This document shows positions 40,028 to 48,554 of a stretch of DNA of 64,000 nt, piece after piece (position 1 is the stretch's first letter; every line of letters starts with the position of its first letter). The position numbers and the translations under genes are program-made. The DNA comes from an uncultured Acidimicrobiia bacterium (GTDB taxonomy: Bacteria > Actinomycetota > Acidimicrobiia > Spongiisociales > UBA5794), in assembly GCA_963812375.1 (NCBI GenBank), contig CAWEUW010000006.1, forward strand, positions 30,837 through 94,836, written 5' to 3'. The notes under the pieces are model-generated. The model made no database searches and was not told where the DNA came from. It saw nothing but the letters and a program-made list of their open reading frames with translations.

Positions 40028-40632
40028 TGTCCACCCACACCCTGGTCGAATCGGTACCCGACGACCACGAGGAAGCCCACGACACCTACCGGGTTCGCAA
40101 GACGGCGATGTGGGCGTTCCTCGGGTCGGAGTGCATCTTCTTCGGCTCGATGATCGCCACCTTCCTCCTCTACCGGAACACGACCCGGGACGGTCCGGGC
40201 GTCGACCTGTTCAACATCCCGTTCACCTCGGCGTCGTCGTTCATCCTGCTGATGAGCTCGCTCACCATGGTGCTGGCGCATCACGCCTGGGAGCGCCGGG
40301 ACACCCGCCAGGCCCGCATCTGGCTGTCGGCGACCGCGATGCTCGGCGCCACCTTCCTGGCCGGGCAGATCTTCGAGTTCACCGAGTTCGTCCACGAGGG
40401 CCTCACGTTGAGCACCAGCCCGTTCGGGTCGTCGTTCTTCATGCTCACCGGGTTCCACGGCGTCCACGTCGCCCTCGGGGTGGTGATGCTCACCGCCATG
40501 GTCATCTTCGGCGCCGGCGGCCGGCTGCATCACGACCGGGGCCTCGACGTCGAGCTGGTGGGGCTCTACTGGCACTTCGTCGACATCGTGTGGATCGTCA
40601 TCTTCACCGTCGTCTACCTGCTGCAGGTGTGA
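40027..40632 (+). CDS. ctaE: Cytochrome c oxidase subunit III
   Basis: ATG 40027 overlaps the ctaD stop. FFMLTGFHGVHVALGV and YWHFVDIVWIVIF. Confidence 0.9.
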   Translation: MSTHTLVESVPDDHEEAHDTYRVRKTAMWAFLGSECIFFGSMIATFLLYRNTTRDGPGVDLFNIPFTSASSFILLMSSLTMVLAHHAWERRDTRQARIWLSATAMLGATFLAGQIFEFTEFVHEGLTLSTSPFGSSFFMLTGFHGVHVALGVVMLTAMVIFGAGGRLHHDRGLDVELVGLYWHFVDIVWIVIFTVVYLLQV

Positions 40633-40634
40633 CC

Positions 40635-40919
40635 ATGGCCGAGCACGTCGAGCCCACCCCCCGCCTGTACTGGATGATCGCCCTGATCCTGGCGGTGCTC
40701 ACCGCCGCCGAGGTGTCGATCGCCTATGTCGACATCCTCTCGGGCAACGTGCTGGTGTGGCTGCTGATCGCGCTGGGCGCCGCCAAGTTCGTCATCGTCG
40801 CCGGCTTCTTCATGCACCTGAAGTTCGACAAGCCGCTGTACCGCAGCCTCTTCATGGTGGGGGCGATCGGGGTGATCCTGCTGTTCGGCGTGGTCCTGCT
40901 CACCTTCCACGCCCTCTGA
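40635..40919 (+). CDS. ctaF: Cytochrome c oxidase subunit IV (prokaryotic caa3 type)
   Basis: The 94-aa product has three TM segments, with AAKFVIVAGFFMHLKFD typical of the COX4_pro family. Confidence 0.8.
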   Translation: MAEHVEPTPRLYWMIALILAVLTAAEVSIAYVDILSGNVLVWLLIALGAAKFVIVAGFFMHLKFDKPLYRSLFMVGAIGVILLFGVVLLTFHAL

Positions 40920-41761
40920 TGGGTATGGCGGTCACCGCCGGCGCGACCTTCGCCGAGGTGGCGCCGTTCCACGTGCATTGGGACGTCATCGGGCTGATCG
41001 TCGGCGCCGCCATCGCCTACGAGTACGGCATCCGGCGGCTCGCCCCGGTGCTCGCCCCCCGCGGTGAGCCGGCGGTGACCCGGGCGCAGCGCATCCGCTT
41101 CCACACCGGGATCATCTCGCTGCTCCTGGTGTCCGGCTGGCCGGTCCACGACATCGGCGAGAACAGCCTCTACATGATCCACATGGTGCAGCACCTGGTG
41201 GTGTCGCTGGTGGCGGCGCCACTCATCCTGTGGGGCGTCCCCTGGTGGCTGCTCCGCTGGGTGGTCCGCCCGGTGATGCCGGTGCTCCGCATCGTCACCA
41301 AGCCGTGGGTGGCGCTCCTGCTGTTCAACGCCCTCTTCGGGCTGCTCCACGTGCCGTCGGTCGTCGAGCTGATGATCACCAACGTCTTCGCCCACTTCCT
41401 CGCCCACGCCGCCCTCTTCTGGACGTCGATATTCATGTGGTGGCCGGTCATCGGCCCCATCCCCGACCTGCCCAAGCTCGAGCCCTTCCAGGCGATGGGG
41501 TACCTGTTCCTGCAGTCGCTGGTTCCCACCATCCCCTCTGCGTTCCTCATCCTCGGGGAGCGACCGCTGTTCCCGATCTACGAGACCTTGCCCCGGCTGT
41601 GGGGGATCTCGGCGCACTACGACCAGATGTTCGCCGGGCTGGTGATGAAGTTCGGCGGCGGGCTGGTGCTGTGGGGTGTGATCGCCGGGATCTTCTTCAG
41701 TTGGTGGGCGGACGAGCAGCGGTACGAACGGACCGCCGCCGTCCCCAAGACCCCGGTCTGA
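40919..41761 (+). CDS. ctaG: Bacillus-type cytochrome c oxidase assembly factor CtaG (Caa3_CtaG)
   Basis: ATG 40919 overlaps the ctaF stop. Polytopic protein with MIHMVQHLVVSLVAAPLILWG and WWPVIGP. Confidence 0.8.
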   Translation: MGMAVTAGATFAEVAPFHVHWDVIGLIVGAAIAYEYGIRRLAPVLAPRGEPAVTRAQRIRFHTGIISLLLVSGWPVHDIGENSLYMIHMVQHLVVSLVAAPLILWGVPWWLLRWVVRPVMPVLRIVTKPWVALLLFNALFGLLHVPSVVELMITNVFAHFLAHAALFWTSIFMWWPVIGPIPDLPKLEPFQAMGYLFLQSLVPTIPSAFLILGERPLFPIYETLPRLWGISAHYDQMFAGLVMKFGGGLVLWGVIAGIFFSWWADEQRYERTAAVPKTPV

Positions 41762-41763
41762 CC

Positions 41764-42078
41764 GTGCGAGCCGGGCGGGTGGCGGTCGTCGTCGCCGGCC
41801 TGTGGCTGGTGGCTGCATCCTGCTCCGGCACCGAGACCGAGGAGGCCACCGGGGTCGTCGTCGACGTCACCGGCGACATCGTCACGGTGGATCGGTTCGC
41901 CATCCAGACCGCCGCCGGCGACCTGCTGGAGCTGGAGGTCGCCCCTGGGGTGGTGTTCGCCGACGGGGCCCCGATCGGGCACCTCTCGGAGCATCTCCAG
42001 ACCGGGGCGCCCGTGGTGGTCCGCTACGAGGTGCTCGACGACGGCAGCAGGGTGGTCCAGGCGATCGACGACGCCTGA
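41764..42078 (+). CDS. Small lipoprotein (hypothetical) at the end of the cta operon
   Basis: GTG 41764 lies 3 nt after the ctaG stop. Signal VAVVVAGLWLVAASCSG, then a beta-rich domain of about 85 aa. Confidence 0.5.
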   Translation: MRAGRVAVVVAGLWLVAASCSGTETEEATGVVVDVTGDIVTVDRFAIQTAAGDLLELEVAPGVVFADGAPIGHLSEHLQTGAPVVVRYEVLDDGSRVVQAIDDA

Positions 42079-42100
42079 CGCCCGGCGACCCGCGTCAGGC
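42073..42100. terminator. Bidirectional hairpin between convergent genes
   Basis: GCCTGACGC (42073-42081) pairs with GCGTCAGGC (42092-42100) across a 10-nt loop. The hairpin spans both convergent stop codons. No clear U-tract. Confidence 0.45.
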
Positions 42101-42833
42101 CGGCTCTTCGGAGCGGCTCTCCCAGGGCCGGTAGGCGAGGAGGGTGGCCCCGCCCAGCACGACGGCGCCGGCGACGGAGAACACGATGATGGCGGCGGTC
42201 CCCTCGAGGGCGAGGAGCAACTCGGCCAAGAGCGACGGCGAACCCGGCTACGAGGACGAGCGCCATGATCGAAGTGCCGATCGCCCGGCTCGCCTCGCGG
42301 ATCAGCGCCGCCGGGCTGGCCGGCCAGGCCTCGCCGCCGAGCCCGAGGACCTCGGGCCGGGCGAGCCGGTCGACGACGCCGGCGGTGACCGCTCCCGCCA
42401 CCGCCCCACCGATGAGCCCGCCGACGATCATGGCGGTCAGCGGGATGGTCACGATGCCGTCCACGCTCTCGCCGAACAGCAGGATCGTGGCCCGGATGAC
42501 CGCATACCCGAACAGGGCGAACACCGCGGCGGCGGCCGGGACGAGCCAGCGGAGCGGGAAACGGGGGGCGTCGGGCTCCGACTCCCGCCCGAAGGCGTAG
42601 ACGGCTGCGGCCACCCCGGCACCGGACACCAGCCCGGCGACGATCACCAGGAGATAGGTCCAGCCGGTGGAGGCGGTGAAGGCGAGATCGGCCGCGGCCG
42701 ACCCTTCCGATACCGGGGTGGCGGTGGCGGTGGGAAGGGCGAAGCGGCCACCGAGCACGGCCATCGCCGCCAGGGCGAGGAGAGCGCCGAGCAGAGCGCC
42801 CCATCCGGCCGTCCTGATCCGGGATGTCCGCAT
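42095..42833 (-). CDS. Polytopic membrane protein (hypothetical)
   Basis: At least five hydrophobic segments. A break near 42225 gives the tail ELLLALEGTAAIIVFSVAGAVVLGGATLLAYRPWESRSEEPA-TGA, with the stop complement at 42095-42097. Confidence 0.5.
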
Positions 42834-42929
42834 CGCCTCAGCGGCCTCTCGTCCGGCAACGGCGGCGAGTGTAACGGCTGGCGCTCAGGCACCCCCTCCG
42901 ATGTCTCACTTGTCCCCTCCCCCCTTGTT

Positions 42930-43089
42930 TCCCCTCCCCCTTTGGGGGAGGGGACCGAGGGCGAGCGTCAGCGAGCGGCACGTCTGGGGAGGGGGTTCTG
43001 GGGAGGGCGGCGGCGGCCAACCCCCTCCTCGTCTGCCGTGCTGGCCTTCGGCCCGTGTCGCAGCCACTCCTCCCCCACGGGGGGAGGAG
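42930..43089. repeat. Cluster of three G/C-tract hairpins upstream of the DUF559 gene
   Basis: TCCCCTCCCCC-TTT-GGGGGAGGGGA (42930-42954). GGGGAGGGGGTT...AACCCCCTCCTC (42986-43030). CTCCTCCCCC-ACG-GGGGGAGGAG (43067-43089). Confidence 0.8.
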
Positions 43090-43147
43090 AAATCGTGTGG
43101 AGGAGAAAGGGGTTGAAACACGTTCGTGTGGCAGGTATTGAGCACGG

Positions 43148-43543
43148 GTGGCCAAGTCCGATCGGGATTGGATCGAGTTGCGGGCTGCCGAACTCCGTCA
43201 GGCCATGCCCGAGGCCGAGGTGATCTTGTGGAGCGAGCTGCGGAGGCGGCAGCTAGGTGGGTACCGGTTCCGTCGCCAGTACGTGGTGGGTCGCGCCATC
43301 CTCGACTTCTATTGTCCGGAGCGTCGCCTGGCGATAGAAGTCGACGGCGCCGAGCACGACGTCGACCAAGACGAGCAACGCGACGTATGGCTCGCCGGAC
43401 AGGGCATCCAGGTAGTGCGATTCGACAACGAGGAGATCTACCGCGAGCTCAACGACGTCCTCGGTGACATCGTCGAACACCTCGAGGCCGGTCCCGGATG
43501 GCGACGATTTCCGGAGGATTCGGCGCCCGGCTCCGAGCAATGA
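43148..43543 (+). CDS. DUF559 (Vsr/restriction-endonuclease-like fold) protein
   Basis: Intact 131-aa ORF with AEVILWSELRRRQLGGYRFRRQYVVGRAILDFYCPERRLAIEVDGAEH. Confidence 0.85.
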   Translation: MAKSDRDWIELRAAELRQAMPEAEVILWSELRRRQLGGYRFRRQYVVGRAILDFYCPERRLAIEVDGAEHDVDQDEQRDVWLAGQGIQVVRFDNEEIYRELNDVLGDIVEHLEAGPGWRRFPEDSAPGSEQ

Positions 43544-43567
43544 TGTCTGACCTGCGGCGCCGGGCAC

Positions 43568-44461
43568 TCAGAAGCGGGTGCAGGCGTCGGGGGAGTAGAT
43601 GCCGCGGACGGCGCCCTCCGCCAAGGGGCCCCACAGGAGGAGGTTGCCGCTCTGACTGCTGCTCACCGTCCAGATCTCGCCGAGCTCCGGGTCGTCGGCC
43701 TGCTCGACGTCGAAACCGTCGTAGACCTCTTCGACGTTGCGGAACGAGTCGCCCAGCTTGATGCCCGACAGCGTTGCCAGCTCGGCCGCCTCGCTGGAGA
43801 ACCCGCCGTACGACAGGTCGAGCCGGTAGCCGCCCAAGAACTCCTGCCCGTCGGGGTCGACGACGACCACCGCGGCGAACGGTCCCCAGGCGACGATCCG
43901 CTCGATGTCACCGTCGCACACCCCGTACTCGCCGGTCGAGGTCCGCGGGCCGGTGTCCGAGCCCGGCTCGCCGAGGCTGGCGATCAGCCGCCCGATGGCC
44001 TCCTCGGCCGGCTGCCCGAGCAGGACCGGGCCGATCCCGTCGGCGGCGAGGGTGAGCTCTTCGATGGGCACCGGGTCGCCCTGGGCGGTGTACGGAGTCC
44101 CGCCGCCGTTCCCCGCCTGTGTGGTGCCACTCGGCTCCCCGGTGGTCGCCGTCCCGTTGTCATCGGGCGGGGTCGTGGTTCCGCCGTCCGGTGCGCCGGT
44201 GCTCCCCTCGGGTGCGACGGTGGTGCCGCCGGCTTCGCCGAGCCCGCCGCTGTCGCTGCTGAAGAGCTGGAAGAGGGCGATGCTGGCCACCACCAGGAGC
44301 AACCCGACCACCATGCCGGTGAGGAGCGGTGACCGTGGGGGAGGGCCTCCGGGCCCCTGCTTGGATGGCGGTCCCGCCGGTGGTCCCCCGCCGGGGGTGG
44401 AATGCCCCTCGTAGGGCTCGATCCCGGCGAAGGGGTCGTTGGGATCGAATCGGTCGCTCAC
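43568..44461 (-). CDS. Membrane-anchored protein, paralog A of a two-member family in this window
   Basis: Intact 297-aa ORF. Pro/Gly-rich cytoplasmic head, TM LLTGMVVGLLLVVASIALF, Thr/Gly-rich linker, and a C-domain of about 150 aa ending LLLWGPLAEGAVRGIYSPDACTRF. Confidence 0.6.
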   Translation of the reverse strand: MSDRFDPNDPFAGIEPYEGHSTPGGGPPAGPPSKQGPGGPPPRSPLLTGMVVGLLLVVASIALFQLFSSDSGGLGEAGGTTVAPEGSTGAPDGGTTTPPDDNGTATTGEPSGTTQAGNGGGTPYTAQGDPVPIEELTLAADGIGPVLLGQPAEEAIGRLIASLGEPGSDTGPRTSTGEYGVCDGDIERIVAWGPFAAVVVVDPDGQEFLGGYRLDLSYGGFSSEAAELATLSGIKLGDSFRNVEEVYDGFDVEQADDPELGEIWTVSSSQSGNLLLWGPLAEGAVRGIYSPDACTRF

Positions 44462-44558
44462 AGGAGCTCCTGGCTGGTCATCCGGGGCGCCACGACCGGC
44501 ATTGTACGGGGGGCCGGGACAAAGCCCGGGTTTGGCGATCGGCCATGCCCGGGGGTTG

Positions 44559-46484
44559 TCAGGAGGTCCGGGTGGGGGCGAGGTCGGGGAAGGCCTCGCT
44601 GAGTACCTGGTCGAAGGGCAGCACGGGCACGAGGACCATCTCCCCTGCCGAGGTGAGCTCGTCGGCGACCGGGATCTCGAGGCGCTCCAACTCGGCGACG
44701 TCGATCCCCCGCATGCTCCACATCAGGCTGAGGGCGTCGCCCATGCCCAAGCCTTCGTCGATGCTGAACGCCCCGGTGAGGCCGGCGACGGTTCGGGTGA
44801 GATCCTCGAACGAGTCGAGCCGGCTCAGCTCCGCGAACACCTGGAGGATCACGTCCTGCTGGCGCTGGTTGCGGGTCAGGTCGTTGACCCCCTCCATCGT
44901 CTGCCAGCGCCCGTCGACGAGCTCCTGGGTCCGCCGGGAGCGGACCCACGCCAGGGCCTGGGCCCCGGTGGCGTTGGTGCAGCCGGCGGGGAGCTGCAAC
45001 TCGGCACGCGAGTCGCGCACCGGGTAGTCGACGCAGATCTCCACGCCGCCCACCTGGTCGACGATCTCCTCGAACCCCTCGAAGTCGAACAGGGCGAAGT
45101 GGTCGATCTCGATGCCGGTGAACTGGCGGATGGCGAGCGCCACCAGGGCCGGTCCCTCGATGCCTTTGTCCGGGCAGCCCTCCAAGGCGCCGTTGATCTT
45201 GTCGAGGCTGTTGGTGCACGGGTTGTTGATGTACAGGTCACGGGGTATCGACACCATGACGGGGTCGCCGCCGTCTGCCGGGATGATGGTGAGGATGATC
45301 ACGTCGGCCAGCTGTCCGGACAGGTCGCTGCCCACGATGAGCAGCGACAGGAAGTCGCCCTCTGCGGTAGGGAGAGCGGCAACGGCATTGGCCGCCGCCT
45401 CGGGGAGCTCGCTGACATCGATGCCGTCGTCGGGCAGCGGCAGGACCTCCGAAGCGGCGGCGATGTCGATGCTGAGCCGGTCGACGTTGCGCCACGAGTT
45501 CCAGATCTGGACCCCGTTGAACAGGGCGTACCCCACCATCACCAGGAGGGCGGTGGCCAGGCCACGCTTCAGGCTGCGCAGGACCGGGTGCTGGTGGGCG
45601 GATGGCGGGGTCGGTGCCGCCTCGTTGACCAGGTAGCCGATCGGGGGGGCGCCGAGGCTGCGGAGCCGGTCGACGGACTGGCTCACCGTGCCCTTGTCCA
45701 TCGCCCGGGGGAGGACCAGCAGGGTCCCGTCGGCGAGCGCCCCGAGGGCGTCGATGGCCGGGCCACCCTCGACCGGGGTGTCGATGAGGACGACGTCGGC
45801 ACTGGTCGCCACGTCCTCGACCGCCGCCGCCACCTCCGAGCGCTGCAGCACCGGGGCGTCGGGGTCAGCCTGCCCCGCCGGGATGAACGGCAAGCGACTG
45901 GTCGAGTCGACCGACCACAGCCGGGAGGCCTCGCCCAGCGTCGCCTGCCCCTTGGCCAGCTCGACGAGCCCGGGCGAGACGCCGGTGTGGCCGAAGTTGC
46001 TGAGCCTGGCGTCGGTGATGTCCCCGTCGATCAGCAGGGTGCGCCGGCCGGCCCGGGTGGCGGCGACGGCGAGGTTGAGGGCGGCGGTGGTGGCCCCCTG
46101 ACCTTCGACCACGCCGGCGATCAGGAGGATCCGCCCCCGGGTCAGTGCCTCCATCCGGCTGGCGGCCCGCTGGTACGCCGCCGCCGCCGACGAGGTCGGC
46201 GTGGTGAGGGTCGGGGCCGGTGAGCCCGGGGTGTCGGGGATGCTCCCCAGGTTGGGGAGGTCGAGCAACTTGCCGACCGGCCGGGTCCCACCTGCGAGGT
46301 ACCAGGCGAACCAGAACAGCGCGGCCACCACCCCGCCCAGCGCGGCGGCGAGGATGGTCCCGGTGGTGGTGGGCCACAGCCGCAGCCCCACCGCGAACGC
46401 TCCCAGTCCCATCGCCACCGACACGAGGTTCGGCCACGCCAAGGCGCGGCGTAGCCGGTTGGGGTATGGATCGGCCTTGTTCAT
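44559..46484 (-). CDS. Fusion of a BY-kinase/MinD-like P-loop domain (degenerate Walker A) with a LytR-CpsA-Psr (LCP) domain
   Basis: Intact 641-aa ORF. Two N-terminal TM segments. P-loop-like GVVEGQGATTAALNLA with no Lys, then LLIDGD and VVLIDTP. A third TM is followed by the LCP core DVIILTIIP..VMVSIPRDLY, IDHFALFDFEGFEEIVDQVGGVEI, ALAWVRSRR. Confidence 0.75.
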   Translation of the reverse strand: MNKADPYPNRLRRALAWPNLVSVAMGLGAFAVGLRLWPTTTGTILAAALGGVVAALFWFAWYLAGGTRPVGKLLDLPNLGSIPDTPGSPAPTLTTPTSSAAAAYQRAASRMEALTRGRILLIAGVVEGQGATTAALNLAVAATRAGRRTLLIDGDITDARLSNFGHTGVSPGLVELAKGQATLGEASRLWSVDSTSRLPFIPAGQADPDAPVLQRSEVAAAVEDVATSADVVLIDTPVEGGPAIDALGALADGTLLVLPRAMDKGTVSQSVDRLRSLGAPPIGYLVNEAAPTPPSAHQHPVLRSLKRGLATALLVMVGYALFNGVQIWNSWRNVDRLSIDIAAASEVLPLPDDGIDVSELPEAAANAVAALPTAEGDFLSLLIVGSDLSGQLADVIILTIIPADGGDPVMVSIPRDLYINNPCTNSLDKINGALEGCPDKGIEGPALVALAIRQFTGIEIDHFALFDFEGFEEIVDQVGGVEICVDYPVRDSRAELQLPAGCTNATGAQALAWVRSRRTQELVDGRWQTMEGVNDLTRNQRQQDVILQVFAELSRLDSFEDLTRTVAGLTGAFSIDEGLGMGDALSLMWSMRGIDVAELERLEIPVADELTSAGEMVLVPVLPFDQVLSEAFPDLAPTRTS

Positions 46485-46600
46485 GGTGTATCGGGCTTCA
46501 TCGGGCTGGGGGCGTCATGGATCACCGGGGGGCGAGGGGCCCGCTCATCATACGGTGGCGTCGGACTTGTTCGGCCTCGTCCGGCAGGTCCGACGCCACC

Positions 46601-48232
46601 TCACCCGGAGGGTGTCGGGCCACCATCGCAGGGGTCGGGCGAGTAGATCCCGAGCACCGACCCGTCCGGCTCGGCTCGAGGAGACGGGCCCCCACAGGAG
46701 GGTGACCCCGTCGGAGCGCACCAGGATGAAGTGGAGGGAGCCGTCGATCTCCTCGTAGGAGATGTCGAACTCCGGATAGACCGACTCGAGGTGCTCGATC
46801 GTGTCGCCCAGCGACAGTTCGGAGAGGGTCGACAGCCCTGCGGTGGGGTGGGCGGCCGGCTCGTTGTCCAGGCGGTACCCGGCGAGGGCCCCGTCCTCGG
46901 GGGTGCCGGTGAACAGGACGGTGAAGGGGCCCCAGGTGGCGGTGAACCCGGGTTCGCCCGGGCACAGGCCGAAACCGCCGTCGTCGACGGTGTTGGCCGA
47001 TTCGGGCTGCCCCAGGGTCGCCACCAGGCGGCCCAGCCCGTCCGGGTCGCCGAACTCGATCGGGCTCACCGCGAAGGCGCCGAGTCGCAGGTCGCTGATG
47101 TCCACCGGGTTGCCCACCTCGGGGAACGGACCGGTGAGCAGGGTGGGATCGACTGTGGTCGTGGTGGGCTCGGGCCTCGTAGTGGTCGGCTCGGGGAGGG
47201 TGGTGCTCGGACCGGCGACAGCCTGCGACGTATTCACGGCTGGTGTCGTGGTGGTGCCGGCCACTTCCGCCGGGTCGTCCCGGGTGATCAGGGTGAGTGC
47301 CCCGAACCAGCCGGCGATCAGTACGGCGACCACGCCGGCGATGAGCAGCCGCTGCCCGGTGCGGCCCCGGCGGGGTGCGGGCGGAGGATCACCGACGCCG
47401 CCGTCGAGGTGGAGCGAGGCGTCGTCGATCGGATGGGCGGGTGGGGTCGGGGAGACCGGCCGCTCGCTCGCCGGCCGGTCGTTGGGGGGCCGGTCGCCGG
47501 GTCGGTCGTTCGGCGGGCCGACGTCGCCGGGGCGTGACGAGGGTCGGGTCGCCGCCGCCGCCGCAGCCGCAGCAGCAGCAGCAGCGACGGCGATGGTTGC
47601 ACTTCCGTGGCATCGGCGTCCACCGTCGCCGGTTCTCCGGGAGTCGCCTGGTCGTCCTCGTCCTCGTGCTCGGCGGGCGGAGGCTCGGCGGGAGCCTCGG
47701 GGACGGTCGACTCGCTGCAGCGCAGCCACGGTGGTGCCGCCACTTCGGCGGCATCTGCGTAGCCATCGCCGGTTCGCCTGGGCCGCCGGGTCGTCCTCGA
47801 CCTCGTCTCGTGCTCGGCAGACGGCTCGGCGGGAGCCTCGGGGACGGTCGCTGCGGTTGCAGCTGCGGCGGCCACCGCCGGCGGTGCCTCCACTTCGGCG
47901 GCATCTGCGTCCACTCGCCGGTTCGCCTTGGCCGGCCGGGGGTCGTCCTCCTGCTCGGCAGGCGAAGGCTCGGCGGGAGCCTCGGGGACGGTCGATGCGG
48001 CGGCAGCCGCCACGGGGACTGCCGCCGCCGCCACGGGGGCATCTGCCGAGTCATCGGTGCCGGTCGGCGTGGGAGGAGCTGGCGCCGGCTCTGGATCCTG
48101 GCCCGACGATGGTCGGGTCGTCGAGGTGACGACATGGCTGTCGATCCAACCCCGCTTGCAGGTCGGGCAGCGGGGCACGTCGAGCGGCCGCGGCGTCCCG
48201 CAGAACACACAGGGCGTGAGGTCGGCCGCCAT
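46601..48232 (-). CDS. Zinc-ribbon / acidic-repeat / poly-Ala / TM protein, paralog B of the 43568 gene
   Basis: ATG 48232 MAADLTPCVFCGTPRPLDVPRCPTCK, three repeats of about 47 aa, an A(12) run, TM LLIAGVVAVLIAGWFGAL. The C-domain aligns to paralog A (WGPF, GYRLD, LGD, LLWGP, GIYSPD.C). Breaks near 47650 and 46650. TGA complement at 46601-46603. Confidence 0.6.
47645..48060 (-). repeat. Three in-frame tandem repeats of 141-144 bp inside the paralog B gene
   Basis: GGCTCGGCGGGAGCCTCGGGGACGGTCG recurs at 47682, 47823 and 47967. CACTTCGGCGGCATCTGCGT recurs at 47741 and 47891. The encoded unit is STVPEAPAEP..AE.ED....DADAAEV. Confidence 0.85.
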
Positions 48233-48554
48233 GGCCGGCAAGCATACGGTGGCCCTGGTCGTAGCCCCGGCTTTCACTTACTCGGTCGGCGGGTGACGCC
48301 GATCGGTTTGTCCCCCATCGATCGTAAGCTCTACGGACTTCCTCCGCACCTCCCAGGATCCTCTTCCGGGGTGCACGGAGGGGCACTTTCTCGAGGAGAC
48401 CGGTGGCTGTGTCGAACCCGCACCAGTTGGGACATCGGGCCCGTCCCGGTGGGCCCCGGCGCGTCGGTGCGTCGAGATCGCCCGGCCGCAGCGATCGATC
48501 GAGGGACACCGGTTCGACATCGACATTCGGGTCGGTCGGTGACCCCGGGCTCCG

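Noticed and set aside
37654-40632. A single 992-aa ORF that could be read as one giant fusion protein
   Set aside because: It is a composite. Its first 163 codons are out-of-frame read-through of ctaC. Next comes ctaD up to a frame break near 39550, then a nonsense Arg/Pro-rich stretch, then ctaE. The ATGA and TGATG junctions and family motifs define separate ctaC, ctaD and ctaE genes.
42838-43155. An insertion sequence or transposon at the G/C-hairpin block
   Set aside because: There is no transposase or integrase ORF, no terminal inverted repeats bracketing the block, and no target-site duplication visible. Only the DUF559 gene is present.
47551-47590. The GCN trinucleotide tract as a non-coding microsatellite
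   Set aside because: It is in frame with the surrounding ORF on the minus strand and encodes a poly-Ala run between the acidic repeats and the TM helix of paralog B.
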